This document shows, piece after piece, positions 39,867 through 53,559 of a DNA stretch of 64,000 nucleotides. Under the pieces are notes generated by a model that did no database searches, was not told where the DNA came from, and saw only the letters and a list, made by a program, of their open reading frames with translations. Positions within the stretch are counted from its first letter, which is position 1, and each line of letters starts with the position of its first letter. A program made the translations under genes and the position numbers. The DNA comes from Lama glama (lineage: Eukaryota): positions 22,012,001 to 22,076,000 of the forward strand of contig CM052817.1 of the NCBI GenBank assembly GCA_028534125.1, in the 5' to 3' direction.

Positions 39867-40155
39867 CACAATTTCTTTAAAAAGTACTAGGAAGAAAGTT
39901 AAAGTAAAGATCTGCTATCAATTTTTAATTAATCCAAAATACTTATGTCTTATAGCAACAAGTTGTATATTTCTAATAAGCTGTTCTAATACATAGAATT
40001 CTTAGTGAAATTTAGATAATGTTCACTGCCAATTCATTGAAATAAATGTTTTAAGTGCTTTAATGCTTGCCTCCATTAGTTAACAAATAAGGGGTGAAAT
40101 GGGAAGGACTTAGATAAGTATGACAAGGTCCAAAATATAAAAATAATTATACAGA

Positions 40156-40226
40156 TGTTTGTGTATGTGTGTGTGTGTGTGTGTGTATATATGTGTGTGT
40201 GTGTGTGTAATATATATATATATATG
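40156..40226. repeat. (TG)n(TA)n compound microsatellite
   Basis: Seen directly. Confidence 0.95.
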
Positions 40227-40229
40227 TAA

Positions 40230-40410
40230 ACACATTAGTGATGTGTTGGTGTAGTTTTATCAGTGGTAACAAATGTATCACTCTGATGAGGGAAGTTGAA
40301 AATGGGAGAGGCTACGCATGTGGGGAGGCAGGTAGTATACAAAATATCTCTATGCCTTTCTCAATTTTGCTGTGAATATAAAACTACTCTAAAAAAATAG
40401 TCCTCTAAAA
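40230..40410 (+). mobile_element. L1MC-like 3' end
   Basis: gtaacaaatgtatcactctg...tctcaattttgctgtgaatataaaactactctaaaaaaata. Confidence 0.8.
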
Positions 40411-40909
40411 ATGATAGTGATGGAATGTCTTAGAAGGGACATTATTTCAGGATTTTACTAGATACCCTTTATTAATATATAATAGGAGAAAAATAATAGA
40501 AAATATAGGATAATATGTATCATTTAATAACTATTTGAAGTGAAAAAATAAATAGCCTCGTTTTCAAATTGGATGCAGGGGGTAATAATGCCATTAAGCA
40601 TCCATGAACTTATGGGTTCTTTTTCAGAATCTACTTCTAGATTTTTAATATAATAAGAAAGTTAACCTGATTTTAAAAGTTTATACTGTAATTAGAATAC
40701 TAGTGGTGTATGGTAAATAGTTTCTGATTATTATTTTTGCCTTCACATTTATTGACTTTAATTTTGAAGATGGATATGTTAAAAATACAATACCTCTTAT
40801 TTCCTGGTATTCCATAATAGCCTTTTGTTTGCATTGGTGTTGTACTTTCACTGTAATGTTATCTGCATTCTCTTTCTTACTCTACTGCTTATAGGGAAAT
40901 GGAGTTTAG

Positions 40910-41150
40910 ATTTATTCAGCATCTTTTACATACCAAGCACTGTGCACTCTACTTAAGCTACTTCATTTCAAGCAATCCTTATGTTATTTTATTTTATGCT
41001 ATTGTCACACACTCTAGTCAGTAGGTATTAGTGGAGTCATTGCACAAATGAGGAAATTGAGATTTAGGGATATAATTTGCTCAAAGTCATATATACAGTT
41101 AGTGGTGGTTCCAGTATTCAATACAGGTATGCACCTGCATTTAGAGACCA
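40910..41150 (-). mobile_element. MIR SINE
   Basis: cattgcacaaatgaggaaattgagatttaggg...tgctcaaagtcat. Confidence 0.75.
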
Positions 41151-42649
41151 TTCAACACAACCATTTTATGTGAGGTGTTAAGTTACTGACATCCAGTAAA
41201 TAATTTACTCATAGTTGTTGAGAAATGGTAAAGGAACAATTAGAACACAAATCTGTTCGGTTCTACAATTTGTTTTCTACTCTTGTCTTAACATTTTAAA
41301 AAGTAAAATTGTTGAGAACATTTTTATAGCCAGATGTCTCAACTGACCATAACAGTTTCTTTAGAGACAGAGAGCCAATAGGTATATCCAACTGTATGCT
41401 CTTCTCATAAGTAGATGCATGCTACAAAGTACACTACAGCCATATCATTTTGAAGTGTTCCTATAAATAATGTCATCCTGTGAAATCCTCCACAATCCCT
41501 TGACAAACTCAAGCATACCCAACAAGCAAGTGCACACACAAATGATGGATATGTAGATATCTTAATTCCACTATGCACAGATTAATAGAGTCCTATATAT
41601 GGCCATTGAAATATCAATGTAATACAGAAACACAGAGAAATACAAAGGTGTCCACCTATAAAGATACTGCTAGATAGATAAAATATTGGTAATAGCAGTA
41701 AGCATGCATGACTAACACACACAGAAGTGCCCACCGACGTTATATACTAAAAATACCTACACACAGTTGTTTTTTAAATTCTGAATCACTTTCTATATTT
41801 TCAGATAAACCTGAGTCTTCCTAACTTTCCTTATATAAAATGGCAGGAGTATAAAAATAAAAAGATTTACTGTGTTACACATTAACATTTGTTTTTAGAC
41901 ATATAAATGCAGATAACAAAAAATGAGCCAAATGATAACATCAACATAATACAGAATCTTTAGAAATCAGAAGTTACAGGTAAGACCTTTGATATTTTCT
42001 GAATTAACCAACTCTTCCTCTTATGCCTGTGAGTTTATGAATACTTTCTAAGTTTTCATGCAGTGCCAATCAAAGTTGAAAATGGCACGATATACACTAA
42101 CTAGGATTCATTTGGATATTGTCACATTAAGCTTTCACCTCTTTGTGATTCCATAAAACCTGGATTTTGGATATTACTCTTACAAAAAACAGCCTACCTC
42201 AGACTATGTGAAGAATTCCTCCTTGTATTATCAGACTATTAAATTTATCACTCACTTATTCAACCATTTCTTCATTCAAAATTCAAAAAGATACTTACAA
42301 AACATGACCATATAAAACTAATCATTGAGATTGGATATGCAGAAATATATGAAATACTGACCCTGTACTGCCTGCCTTGTACTCACTCTAGGATGAAAGC
42401 AAGCGTTCAAATAACTAAAAATGTACCATGGCCAATGGAAAATAAATAAAAGCATAGAAGTATCAGGAATGGGAAAGATGTTCATCTACTCAGAGTGGGA
42501 AGCAAATAGGTTTTCCTGGATGAAGAGAAGCTGTATCAGGTCTTGATGAGCATCATTTGATCCTAGACTCCAAGCCTAGGTGAGAATGTTGAATCTTGCG
42601 ATGGAGTGAATATCATTTGCATATGGAAGGAAAGCAGATGTCTGCGAAG

Positions 42650-43095
42650 AGGAGGAATAGGAGAGGTTCTAAAAATGATGATAAATTTTCTCTTCCATCA
42701 AGAGACAAAGTCTCCTTCTTTACTCCTTAAATCTATGCTGGCCACATGACTGGCCTTAGCCAATGGGAAATTGGCAATTGTGAAGCACACATCAACTTGA
42801 AGAGCATCTGTATTTGCTTCTTTTGGAACATTTTGTCATGTGACTGAGACCAGGTTAGATGGCTGAATGAGAGGACATGTGGCCCAGTGGCCAGCTGTCA
42901 TTCAGTTAACTTCCTGAAACAGACCTGTTGAGCTGACTAGAAGCTGACCACAGATGAATGAAGGAAGTCATCAGAGAATTACCTAAATGAATCCAACCCA
43001 AATTCTCAGAATCAAGAAGAGCTCAATAAGCAGTTGTTAACTTCAAGGAACTGGGTTTTTTGAGTGGTTTGTTGCCCAGCAAAAACTGATAACAG
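42650..43095 (+). mobile_element. MLT1G/H-like LTR
   Basis: ctggccacatgactggccttagccaatggg...tgagtggtttgttgcccagcaaaaactgataaca. Confidence 0.7.
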
Positions 43096-43244
43096 TGCCT
43101 ATGTTTGTCAGTGTGTATCTCACTTTGGTATATAAAGAATAAGAGATGGATCAGGTATCCAGGCAATGATAAAGTGAAGGATATTGTATACAAATTGCCT
43201 ACTAAATTTGAATGATGATCTTGCATCTAAAGGACTCCTGAGAG

Positions 43245-43396
43245 TATAATATACTATATTATACTATATATATACAGTGTGTGTATGTGTGTGTGTGTGT
43301 GTGTATATATATGTATATAAAATACATATATATATAAAATATATATATATATGTATATAAAATACATATATATATATATAAAATATATATAATATA
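43245..43396. repeat. TA/TG simple repeat containing a roughly 40-bp tandem duplication (43311-43350 and 43351-43392)
   Basis: atgtatataaaatacatatatatat occurs twice, 40 bp apart. Confidence 0.9.
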
Positions 43397-44434
43397 CTTC
43401 CTCTCAGGGTGAAGTAATCATAGTTTCTCAGTATATTCTTTCTCTTGCAATTCTCTATCATATAAATGAACTGAACATCCCATCTTTTTTAAGCTTTGTT
43501 AATTGAGCAAAGGAAATTTTTTCAAAAAATAATAATTTGCTTGTTTTTAATTCTTTTATAGGTAAAATTCATAGCACTCCTAACTGTTGAGAGCAGTCAT
43601 TCACACCATTGAGAGATGTACACCCACATCTATCTTCACAGTATTTTCACACCCAGTGAACAGTGGACAATGTCTTTAGACTACAACTTTTTGTAAACTC
43701 TTCAAAGTGAATATCAGCAGCATCTCCAATATGTATAAAGAAGTATACATATACATATATTTATACATTTTTGCTGTTCTGGGTAAAGTTGAGTCTGTTT
43801 ATCAATAGCATAGTTCCAAGAATTAATCTGGGCTTTAAGCCTCAGAGTACCAATAGTAATTTCTACAGATCAAGATTACCATACCTTGTATAACCTACAC
43901 TAACCTGTTCTTTGAAATAGCTTCCTTTTTCTTTTTTTCCTTTCTTCATTGTGTGATTGAAGGTGTTGACTTCAATCAACAAAATCAAATCTTTGTGTGG
44001 TTTTATGTCTCAGTTGCCTTGGAGATTGTGTTTCTCTGCATATGCTGTTAGACAATTAAGTGGAATGGCTAGCATCTGCTACCTCTTGATTTAATTTTAG
44101 TTTGGGGTTTGATGTACTCACAGTAAGCACAGTTTAATAAATTTAATAAATGGTTTAAAGCACACAGTCAAAAAGTGATCTGATGTGTTATGTTTGTTTA
44201 ACTCTTTATAGGACACAGATATCTTACAGAGTCAAAAGTGAAAGAAGTATGTCAGGAAAATTACAGGTTATAGGTAGGAAAAAATAATGATTCCAAAAAC
44301 TTATAAAAATAGTCTAACTTAAAACTTGACTTTAAATATTTTTCTTCTCTGGAAAAAATAAATTTGTAATTTCATAGAATTGTCTGGAGTCATAGTTCTG
44401 TAGTAGTAAAGTTCATAACAGAAAGTGTTACTTG

Positions 44435-44607
44435 ACTGTTCTCAGTCTTTGCTATACCTTAGACATTCCCAGGATGTTTTTTGTTTGTTTGTATTGATGC
44501 CTGGGCCACACCCTCAGAGATTCCAGGGTCTGGGATGAGGCCCAGTTATAGGCATTCAAAAAATTCCCCATTTGATTCTAATAGGCAGTTGGGCTGAAAA
44601 CCACTGG
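44435..44607 (+). mobile_element. MER5-like hAT-Charlie MITE
   Basis: gatgcctgggccacaccctcagagattc...ggtctgggatgaggccca...tgattctaat...tgaaaaccactg. Confidence 0.75.
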
Positions 44608-45354
44608 GCTATAAAAATAAATGGCCTCTATTATCTCCTTTTGAAAATAATGTAATAGGAGCATTACTCTCTCAAGTCACAAAAAAGGAGAATGAAAAAG
44701 GGAAAAAAACGTTCCTAGCTCTCCTGATTGTTAATAGCCTCCACTGAAGCCACGGAAGCAACCCTTGGACAACTACTTTAAAGTCCTAGAACTGGCGAAG
44801 TCAGAAAGTGAGTATTTCATGAGCTGGTGTTCCGTGCTATGGTAAAGCAGTTTAGTCCATATTAAGCAGTAGTGACTACTTACTATGCACTCGTGCTTTG
44901 TGCTCTATGTACATTATCTCTCTTGACCTTTACAGCAGTGTAAATGATACCATTACTTTTTTATTGCGATACAAAACAAGGCTAAGATAAATTAGGTCAT
45001 GAGTGACTTTGTTGTTTTATAATTTACTTTATATACTATGTGAGCTAATTTTAATCAATAATGTAGGGATGGTTAGTTTTTCTAAGAGAGAATGTTTACC
45101 CAAGAGCTGGTCAGTACCATTTGAAAGCTTCTAATTTGAAGTGCATACTCCAGTGATGGCTCTAAAAATTCTGAAAATGCTTCAAATTTTTTGATCAGGA
45201 GACAACACTAGAGACTCTGTTAACTTGCATAAATAATGTCAGACGTAGTTCACCCCAGTATGAATGGTATAAAAGGACCTGTGTAGCCCAGGAGCCAGTT
45301 TTCCTCAGAATGTGATGTACTTGATTCTGACAGGAGCTCATGTCCAGAGTATTC

Positions 45355-48080
45355 TTTTTTTTTTTCCCTTTTGTACAGCTTTATTAGGCTATAATTGGCT
45401 ACAACATATTATATATAGAGAAAGTGTACAATTTAAAATATACAATTATAATAATGAACATATGCATCACTGGCAAAAGTGTTCTGTTCCCACTTTGTGA
45501 TTTTACTTCCTCCAGTTCCTTCTAGGATTCCCTACTCCTCCTCAGACTGCTGGTCCCCAAGGAGTCATTGATCTCCTTCTGTCACTGTAGATTAATTTGA
45601 ATTTTCTAGAATTTTGTAAAAATAGAATCACATATAACATTTATTTTTGAGCCTTTTTCACTCTGTATAATAATTTTTAAATTCCTCCATGTTTGTTGTG
45701 TGTGCCAACAGTTCATTCTCATCCTATTTCTGAATTACAGTATTCCACTGTATGAATATACCAAAACTTGTTTATCCACTTGTCTGTTGAGAAACACTGG
45801 GCATTTTTCCATTTTGAGGTTATTACAAATAAAGCCACAAGAACATTCATGCAAAAGTCTTTCTGTGGACGAATGTTTTTATTTCTTTTGGGTAAATACC
45901 TAGTAGTAGAATTGTAGGATCACATGGCAGGTATAGATTTAACTTTAAGAAACTGCCAAAGAGTTTGCAAAATATACCATTTATATTCTTGCCAGCATTG
46001 TATGAAGTTTTCAGTTGTTCCACACACTTGCCAACATTTGACTTAAGTCTTAAATATTAGTTACCAAATATTGAATGTGTGATAGAACTTAATGTGACTT
46101 TAATTTAAATTTCTAATGAGTAATGATGTCACATCTTTTTATTGTAATGGATGACTATATAAACTTTTTTCAATTTCTAAATGTTTTCTTTCCTTTTTAA
46201 AAATTGAGATATAATTGACCTATGACCTTGTATTAGCTTTTGGTGTACAACATGATGGTTTTATATGTATATATTGCAAAATGATTACTACAGTAACATC
46301 CATCACCACATATAGTTACATTTTTTTTCTTGTGGTAAAAAATTTTTAAGATGTACTCTCTTAGTGACTTTCAAATATACAATACAGTACTGTTAGCTAT
46401 AGTCATCATGCTGTACATTACATCCCCAGGACTTAGGTTCCATGTTATGCCTGGAAGTTTATACTTTTGACCACCTTCACTCATTTTGCCCACAACTACC
46501 CTCATTTTTGATGAAGTTGTTCAAGTCTTTGGCCATTTTCAATTGGGTTGTCAGTCTTATTATCACGTTGTGAGTTCTCTACATATTCTAGATAAAGATA
46601 TACCTGACAAAGGTGTTTTGCACATACTTTCTCCCCATCTGTAGCTTATATTTCCACTTACTTAATAGTGTTTTTCTCTTAAATGAAAAAAGTTCTAACT
46701 TTTGGGGGATCCAATGTATTACTGTTTTTTTAGAGTTTGTGCTTTTGGTGTCTGTTTAATAAATCTTTGTCCAGCTTAAGGTCACTAAGATTTTATATTA
46801 GATAATATTTTTAAATTTTCTTAGAAGTATAGTTTAGCTCTTAAATATAGATTTATTATTCATTTTTAATTAATATTTTATACTGTATGAGGAAAGGGTT
46901 GAAGTTAATTTTCTGCATGTGACTGTATAAACATTCTGGCAACACTTTATGAAAAGACCTATTTCCCACTGAGTTACTTTGGTACATTTTTCAAAAATCA
47001 ATGTACCATATATGCATGGGTCTATTTCTGGGCTTTTTTTTTTTCTGTGCCATTGATAGGTTTGGTTATCTTTACACCAATGACAAACTTTTGTCATTGC
47101 TGTGGCTTTATAAATCTTGATATTAGGGAGTATAGGTCTTCCAACTTTGTTCTCTGTAAGTTCCTCTTGATGATTCTAGCTCTTTGGATTTCCATACAAA
47201 TTTTAGAATCAATTTAGCTGTCATTTTCTACAAAGGCTTCTGGGATTTTGATTGAGATTGCTTTGCATCTATAAATCAATTTGCAGGGAATTGACATACT
47301 GTGATCAGATAATATACTTTGTGTTATTTGAATCCTTTTAGATGCATTAGGGCCTACTTTATGGTTCAAAACATAGTCTATCTTGGAAAATGTTTTATGT
47401 GCATTTGAAAGGAATGTATATTCTGCTGCTATTGAGTGGAGAGTTCTATAAATTTCATAATTGGGTGTTTGTAAATAGAGTTGTTTAGGTATAGGTTTAG
47501 GTATACTGTATAGTTTAGATCTACTGCAGCCTAACTGATTTTCTGTCTACTTGCAATGTTGATTACTGAGAGAAGGCAGAAACTGTATGTAGAGATTTGT
47601 TTATGTCCACTTTCAGGTCTATCAGTTTTTACTTCATGTATTTCAAAACTCAGTTTTTAGACACCTAAGCATTCAGAATTGTTCAGTCCTCTTGATGACA
47701 TTATGTTTCTTGATGACCTATGTCCTTCTATCACTCAGAAATAACTCTTTATCCCTAGTCTTGCTTTGAAATCGACTTTGTCTGACATTAATATAAGCAA
47801 CTGAGCTTTTTTTAAATTTGTATTAGTGTGATATATTTTTGTTAACCAGACATTTAGTTTTAATTTATTTCTGCTCTTATATTTAAATTAGAGGTTTTTT
47901 GGCAGTACATAGTTGGGGCTTGCATTTTATTCACAATCAGAGTCTCTACCTTATCATGGCGGTGTTTAAATAATTTACATATAATGTAATTATTAATAGG
48001 CTTAGGTTTAAATCTGCCATTTTGCTATTTATTCTTATTGATGTAATTTGGTTTTTGCTTCAGTTTTCTCCTTGTGTTTC
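45355..48080 (-). mobile_element. Old L1M (L1MB/MC-like) antisense fragments
   Basis: tttcttttgggtaaatacctagtagtagaattg and aagaaactgccaaa motifs. ORF 46870-47097 KKSPEIDPCIYGTLIFEK is an ORF2p remnant. Confidence 0.85.
46185..46500 (-). mobile_element. L1MA9-like 3' end nested in older L1
   Basis: attgagatataattgac...tttcaaatatacaatacagtactgttagctatagtcatcatgctgtacatta. Confidence 0.8.
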
Positions 48081-48711
48081 GCCTTCTACTCTGAGTATTC
48101 TTGCTACCTGAACTTGGTCATGTCACAGGCTGAATTCTGCTACTAAAATATCTTTGAATGCAAAATATTTTTTGAATGCAGTCTTCATGCAAGGTACTAC
48201 TAGAAGGAAAAAAAGGGTGGGGCAGAGATCAAGAAAGTTACAAAACATATAACACAATTTCTATGGCTCTTTCTGTGCCACCTTGTGAATAAATGCTAGT
48301 GTGACTCATAGAATTGTCTGAAACTTGCTTTTATCATAAACTATATGAGGTATTAGATTGGAAAGCTTTAGCTCTAATGCTAGCATTATTATACTTAAAA
48401 ACTTATCTAATCATTTAATTAGTCAACTTCCCTAGGTCGCATATCTTCTAAACGATATTACAACCACTCCATTAAAAAATGAATTTCAAGAAATACAACT
48501 CTGTCTATTCTTATCTCTTCCCCCATTTGCCAAGAATTCCATTTCTAGGACTGTGGTCTTTAGTACCTGATATAATTTAGGGAGTATTGGGCCAATTCCC
48601 TAATGTCATAATACAGAGGACCTGAGACCTGATCAGCTTAAGTGAGTTGCTCTAATTCTGATCACTCATAGTGAAGTTGAGTTTAGGCCTCCTGGTCAGC
48701 CTGCTAAAAAC

Positions 48712-49208
48712 TGAATGTATGGAGGTTTAGCCTGTTTACCAGCCATTAAGTAGGCCTGCTACAGCTCCATGGACACTGGCAGAAGTCTGGAGACTACCAG
48801 GTTAGAGAAAAAGGAGCGTTTAATAGTTACAGCACTAGCAGCAGCCAGCGATTCAGCATTTTTGCTTGTTCATTAAGTTCCAATTTCCACTGGGTGACAT
48901 GAAGAGGGCCAGATGACACCTGCTTTTTCAGTGCATTGTGTTATAGGAGAGAAGCCTGGAGCTTAGGGAGCCAAATATTTCATAATGAGCAATAAGCCTG
49001 CCTTATTTTCCCAGAGGGAGACATCTTTATTATACTGGGCATTAAATAAACCTATTATTTGACCCCTAGGGAGATATTCTCTCTACCTTCTGGAGTGGTT
49101 TGCTATGTCACACATCCTTGAACAGATTCTCTCGTACAAATGGAATCAATGTCCCTACTCAAACGATATGCAGAAACACAACAAATCAGCAGAGAGCTGT
49201 CTGCCAGT
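48712..49208 (-). mobile_element. LTR40-like ERVL solo LTR
   Basis: Shares reverse-complement motifs with 54150-54655 (agagggagacatctttattatactgg, catccttgaa). Confidence 0.75.
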
Positions 49209-49249
49209 ACGGTCCAAACCTCTTCTCACTATAATTCTAAAGTCTTGGT

Positions 49250-49614
49250 CCATAAAAAAGAATGAAATAATGTCATTTGCAGCAACGTGGATAATAGAGA
49301 TTATCATATTAACTGAAGTAATTCAGACAGAGAAAGACCAATATCATATGTTGTCATTTATATGTGGAATATAATAAAGATACAGATTTTATTTAGAAAC
49401 CGGAAATAGACTCACAGACGTAGAAAACAAATTGTAGTTACTGGGGGCAAAGTTTAGGGGAGGGATAAAATAGGAGTCTAGGGTTAACAGATACACATTT
49501 CTATATATAAAATAGATAAACAAGGACCTACTATATAGCATGGGGAACTATATTCAATTTATTGTAATGAGCTGTAATGGAAAAGAATCTGAAATATATA
49601 CATATGTAAAAAGC
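49250..49614 (+). mobile_element. Truncated L1 3' end with candidate 9-bp TSD
   Basis: IKKNEIMSFAATW..DQYHMLSFICGI ORF2p end. agtcttggt at 49241-49249 and 49615-49623. Confidence 0.85.
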
Positions 49615-49704
49615 AGTCTTGGTATTCTACCACCTAGCTTCTTACTAGATGTATTACACTTTTTACTTTTCATTGTTTATTTTCTCTTCATAATGTCATA
49701 ATTG

Positions 49705-49870
49705 CAACAACAAGATAGATACTGATTATTATACCCATTTTGCAGATGGGAGAAATGTGGCAAGTTGACATATGTAACTTTCCCAAGGTTGGATAAATAT
49801 CTGGCAGTGAAAATACATCCAGGGTTTTCTGGCTACTAATTTGCTCTTCGTATATGGCTGCCTCCATACA
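49705..49870 (-). mobile_element. MIR SINE
   Basis: attattatacccattttgcagatgggagaaatg...tttcccaaggt. Confidence 0.75.
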
Positions 49871-51281
49871 AAGAACTGGCAGCTGTCTTATCCCTGGGCT
49901 CTTCATAGTGGTGATCTCAAGAGAAACAGCTAAAGGAAGGAAGAATGGAAGAGACTTAAGAGACTCACTATGGAGTAAAAATTGTACATTCTGTAGAAAA
50001 CATGATGCAAGCATATCTATGGCAGAATAATCTAAACAAGAAGTCTTTTTAACAAAACAGCAGGATAGAACTCAAACTGAAGAGGTAATCACACAAACAG
50101 AGCCAAACACTAGAAACTGTGATTGCTGCTGCAAACATAGGTTGCTTTTGATCTATGGGCATTGTTGAAAACACTGAATTACTAAGCATTTCATTTCAGA
50201 TACACATCCACACACCCACACCAATCATTGCTACTAGTACCACCTCTACCCAAAAAATAAAACCGTAAGTCCATTAAAAAGTAAACTTAAACTATGAGAA
50301 AAGTGAGATTGGCATTCAGAAGTAAAAAGTTTGGCTGGTAAATTTTGCACAGGCTCTTTTGTTTGTATAAAGGGAAGGGAATGCCCTATCTACCCATTGC
50401 CTGTGTCATATCAACATATACCTACTCTTTGAAAGTTCATCAGTCCTGAGGAAACTTACGACCTCTGGTGAAGAGAGAAGATTTGAGTATCCTAGTGCAC
50501 TAGCAAGTAGTGGGTTACTTTGTTTAATATCGGTACCTAACTGAGGAGGAATGCAGGCTAGTGATTTATTTCACCCAGACGTAGAGGTGCTGTCCAGAAT
50601 GGGATGTCCTTTAGGAAAGCATATATTGGCCGTAGTCCTAGGAGTAAAAAGCTATTACTAATCTTCCAATCCATTGCCCGGGTGCATTTTTTTAGTAGGA
50701 AGAAGGGGGAACTGTACAATATTAATCTGGAGAATGTAGGTCAGTCAGAATATTATACCAACAATTGTAAGGAAAGTAGCAGCAATGGATTTTAAAAATT
50801 CAAAGAAGTCTTGATACATTCACTAATAAGACACCAAAATGCTGTTAGTAGCAGATTTAAAGAAATGTATTGTTTGTGGTGATTAAACCCAGTGGGCCTA
50901 CTTGTTTTACAAACAGTGTCTTGCCATCCTGTGTATAATTTGCATAGACAGAGCAGTAGCTCACATACACACAATACAGATCACATACAAACACATTTAT
51001 ATGCATATACATGTAAATATACACACATATGTATGCATATGCATGTGTATATAAACGTCAATGTCTTAACACGAAAAACGTTTAAAATATTTAGGTTGGC
51101 TGCTTTCTATATGATCGATTTATTTTTTTATATTTTGATTTTTTTGACTGATGTGGGTGTTCTTTTCTACAAAAAATGTGGAATTTGACATCTAATTCTC
51201 CACTAGTTAAGCTCTTTAGAAGAGAATAAGAACAAAAATGCCTCCTGATTGTGTTGGTTGACATTGTTTATGCTGCTATTA

Positions 51282-51550
51282 TTGTTTTTTTATTTTTCTT
51301 CCCGCTTTATTAAGATATAACTGACAGAACATTGTGGAAGTTTCAGGTGTGAATGTAATGATTTTATATATGTATATATAGTAAAATGATTACCACAATA
51401 AGTGTAGTTAACACACTCATCACCTTGCATAGTAACCTTTTTGTTTCATTTTGTTTTTGTGGTGAGAACTTTTAAGATACAGTCTCTTAACAACTTTCAA
51501 ATATACAATAAAGTATTACTAACTGTGGTCACTGTGATGTACATAAATTC
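51282..51550 (-). mobile_element. L1MA9-like 3' end
   Basis: Same motifs as 46185-46500 (gtggtgagaactttaagat...ctttcaaatatacaata). Confidence 0.8.
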
Positions 51551-52839
51551 TGAGGATATTTTCTTTTCTTGTTTTCTACACATTCTAAGCTCCTGTTGGC
51601 CTTCATCAACATAATGTACATGAAGGATACAGATTGAAATATCACATGTAAATCCAGGTTAGGGAAACCTCTGGTAGTTTAAGATTTTCAGAGAAGCTTT
51701 TGAGAAACTTGTTTCCCTGATTCCCAGTTTTCCCATCCTGAATGAAGATGCAGAACAAACCAGGATTTCTCTGTGGTCCATTCTGGTAACTTAGTCTCAA
51801 TGAAGGTACTAGAGGGCACAGTCCGTGTGTTCATGTTTCTGGGCACCACGCTATAGCGCTCTGATCCAAAGGGAAATAACTTTCTCATTTTCTGAATGAA
51901 AAACATTCCTGATGGCTACAGCATGTCGAAGAAACTGTCAGAGACATTGATTCTAAACTTGAAACTTTGAGCATACAAACCACAGGATATAATTCAGCAG
52001 ATTATACCTATACCTTGTGCAGTTTGTTGTCATTGTACAGAGAACCTTTATGAGAACATCACGGACAATTTTTATGTGTATAGTAGATCTTAAACAAGGG
52101 TAGAATCAGGAAAATTTTTTTAAATTACCATGTTGTTCTGTTTGTTTTCTTTTTAATAATATTGCTAACTGGTGCTTTTTTCCCCCATTAGTTATTTAAT
52201 CATTTAAATTGAACAATTTCTCTTGTTGGTACACATACATATATCTAAAAGTAATGGAACCACAGAATAGTTTATTTGGGGAGATTTTAGCTTCAGAAAC
52301 ATGCGACAAATCTTTCTCTAATAATTTCACAATGTTTTTCTACTTATTTCTTCTTTCTGTTATCTTCAAAACCATTCTGGTTATAGTGGCAGAAGCTTAC
52401 AGAAAACAGTTGGCTAGTTGTCATGAGATGCTTACTACAGCTGGTTGAAGAATTAAAGTATGAATGGAATTTTTAAAAAATATTTTCCTGTGAATTAAAA
52501 TTATAATAATCTAATCTCTCTGCTCTTAAAATGCTACATAACCCATAAAAATTCCCAAATTTTACCTCGGGGAGATTACAAATGGTTCTCGTTCTCGACA
52601 TTCAAGTTATGATAGGTCCCTGTCAACTGTTACTCCAGGGTATTAAACTTTGGATAATGGGTTGGGGAGGGTGGGAGTTTAGTCTCCATGGACCTAAATT
52701 TACATCATAATATTCCCTTGACCACTAGAGACTTTGAAAGGAATTCAGAATTCAGCCTGTTCAACAGTTACTCTAGTTAGCAAATGTTTCAAATCGTTTA
52801 CTCTTAATAAAGACCTTGCTTGGCCAGGCTGCTTGCAAA

Positions 52840-53080
52840 TTTTTTTTTTATTGAAGTATAGTCTGTTATAATGTGTCAATATCTGGTGTACAGCATGATG
52901 TTTCAGTCATATATATATACACATACATAAATTTGTTTTCATATTATTTTTATTATAGGCTATTACAAGATATTGAATATAGTTCCCAGTGCTATACAGA
53001 AGAAGTTTGTTTGTTTTTCTCGTTTATACATAATACTTAGTATTTGCACATCTTGAACTCCCAAATTACCCCTTCCCACC
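52840..53080 (-). mobile_element. L1 3' end (artiodactyl-type 3'UTR)
   Basis: tttttttattgaagtatagtc...acaagatattgaatatagttcccagtgctataca. Confidence 0.9.
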
Positions 53081-53559
53081 TATATGATTGTTTAACTTCT
53101 CAACTGAAGTTTTAAAAGGGAAACTCATTTGATCAAACTCATTTTCCCCATGTATGTTCTTCACCAAAATAGAACTTTCATCATTTTTTTTTGCAAATAA
53201 TTCACTATTTGCAAGTAGAAAACATCATAACTTCCATTTTTTAATGACAATCCGTATGTAATCTCAGGAAATAATTAGCACTTATCAGTTTTTTTCTTCT
53301 CCTCAGTTTTTGAGGGTTTACGCTTATCTGGAAATTGTTTAAATTATTCATGGAGAACACAATTACTTCAACTAGTTGACTCTACCAAGGAGAGGAGACA
53401 TCAGGATTAGTTACCTACTCTGTTTTCTGTGAAGAAGGAAAAGTAGTGACTGAGTGAATACAGTTGACTGAGTTGCAATCCTGGTTGTTTGACATGGAAT
53501 GAAATGTGTGCCTTCTCTTGCCTATACCACTGCAGTGCCCATAGGATCAATACCAAAGT

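Noticed and set aside
51692..51785. Exon-like segment (EAFEKLVSLIPSFPILNEDAEQTRISLWSIL, AG...GTAACT)
   Set aside because: Weak polypyrimidine tract, unrecognised peptide, and phase incompatible with the 44738-44807 candidate.
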